This document shows, piece after piece, positions 63,260-64,000 of a stretch of 64,000 nucleotides of DNA. The stretch covers positions 6,213,327 through 6,277,326 of the forward strand of contig OZ316897.1 in NCBI GenBank assembly GCA_973895155.1. The letters run 5' to 3'. The stretch is from Marsupella aquatica (taxonomy: Eukaryota > Plantae > Marchantiophyta). Within the stretch, counting starts at the first letter, position 1. The number at the start of each line of letters is the position of its first letter. The translations under genes were made by a program, and so were the position numbers. The notes below the pieces were generated by a model. The model was given only the letters and a program-made list of their open reading frames with translations, was not told the origin of the DNA and made no database searches.

Positions 63260-64000
63260 TTATGTAAACAAACCAAAGAGTGCAAGATCAAGTCCTTTAG
63301 AGTTTGATAGTTAGAGTTGATCTCAATTGGGGAATTTTATTTCTACTTGTTTCCACCCTTTACATGGCTAATATTCAATAGTTAGTACTGGATAATTACC
63401 AAAAAAACATTTGTTTTTGTTTCCAAGACTTTGGTATTGGCCATTTAGATTGGCTAAGTGAGTGGCTTCATGGTTAGGGTGAGTCAGGGGCACCTTGGCA
63501 AGGTGGATCCTCACCAGGACCAAGGCAAGTACAGGGTGCAAGGCACGATGGTGAGGTATTGGTGTGGCAGGGGCATACTGGAGAGACAGATCCTTCCGTG
63601 GACCAAGGCAAGTAATACATGGCATGACAGGGGCACAGTGGCTTGTCTAGGACTCATTACTGACGCGACAGGGGAGCAACAGGGCATTGTGAGCAAGGAC
63701 TACCATGGAGGTGGGAGGGAGACAGGGTGCTCTTTGCCTATTCATTTTTCTAATCAAAGGTCAGGAAAAAACGGTTGCATGATCCAACGGCCACCCTTCA
63801 ATCCCGCCAAATCTTGTTTTGTAATGAAAAAATACTAAATTTGGCGGGATCAGGTATTATAGTGTTAGAAAGTTACTCTGGACACCACTAAACCTACTTA
63901 GGGCGCCATTGCTAACTTTTACCAACTACATAACGGTTGCGCAGGGCAAACAGTTACCACGGGAATCGAGTATAGCCTGAGTGACAATCTTCATGAGACT

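Noticed and set aside
59301-64000. Final TIC21 exon
   Set aside because: No ASANT..H..GL-like segment found after a splice acceptor; presumed to lie beyond the window.

Overview
Eukaryotic, land-plant-type genomic DNA. The only clear host gene is chloroplast TIC21/PIC1 (57.7-59.3 kb; last exon outside the window). The TE content suggests a non-seed plant, which is an inference. About 55 kb is a nested stack of mobile elements. (i) Two related Ty1/copia elements: one decayed, one full length with LTRs and TSD. (ii) A Tat-like Ty3/gypsy family whose ~4.7-kb LTR itself carries a ~3.5-kb ORF, present as one 5' LTR plus one solo LTR with a 5-bp TSD. (iii) Athila-like gypsy remnants. (iv) A 15.9-kb TIR DNA transposon (27479-43340, 6-bp TSD) with a Sola/DUF7869-like transposase. 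Its cargo is a ParB-like/beta-class DNA-methyltransferase-like fusion gene, an FCP1-like phosphatase and arrays of a 25-bp palindrome. (v) A second, unrelated MULE-type (GCM-like/DDE/SWIM) element (~44-55 kb). It also carries a ParB-like/MTase-like fusion gene, plus a Ulp1 protease and its own 25-bp palindrome. (vi) Two Helitrons, a SINE, a MITE and a non-autonomous LTR element. The most interesting signal is a module repeated in two different transposon superfamilies: a ParB-like-MTase-like gene together with element-specific 11-3-11 palindromes. It is a candidate transposon-encoded self-recognition or anti-silencing system. Most TE genes carry stops or frameshifts. All domain calls were made by eye from motifs, not by database search.
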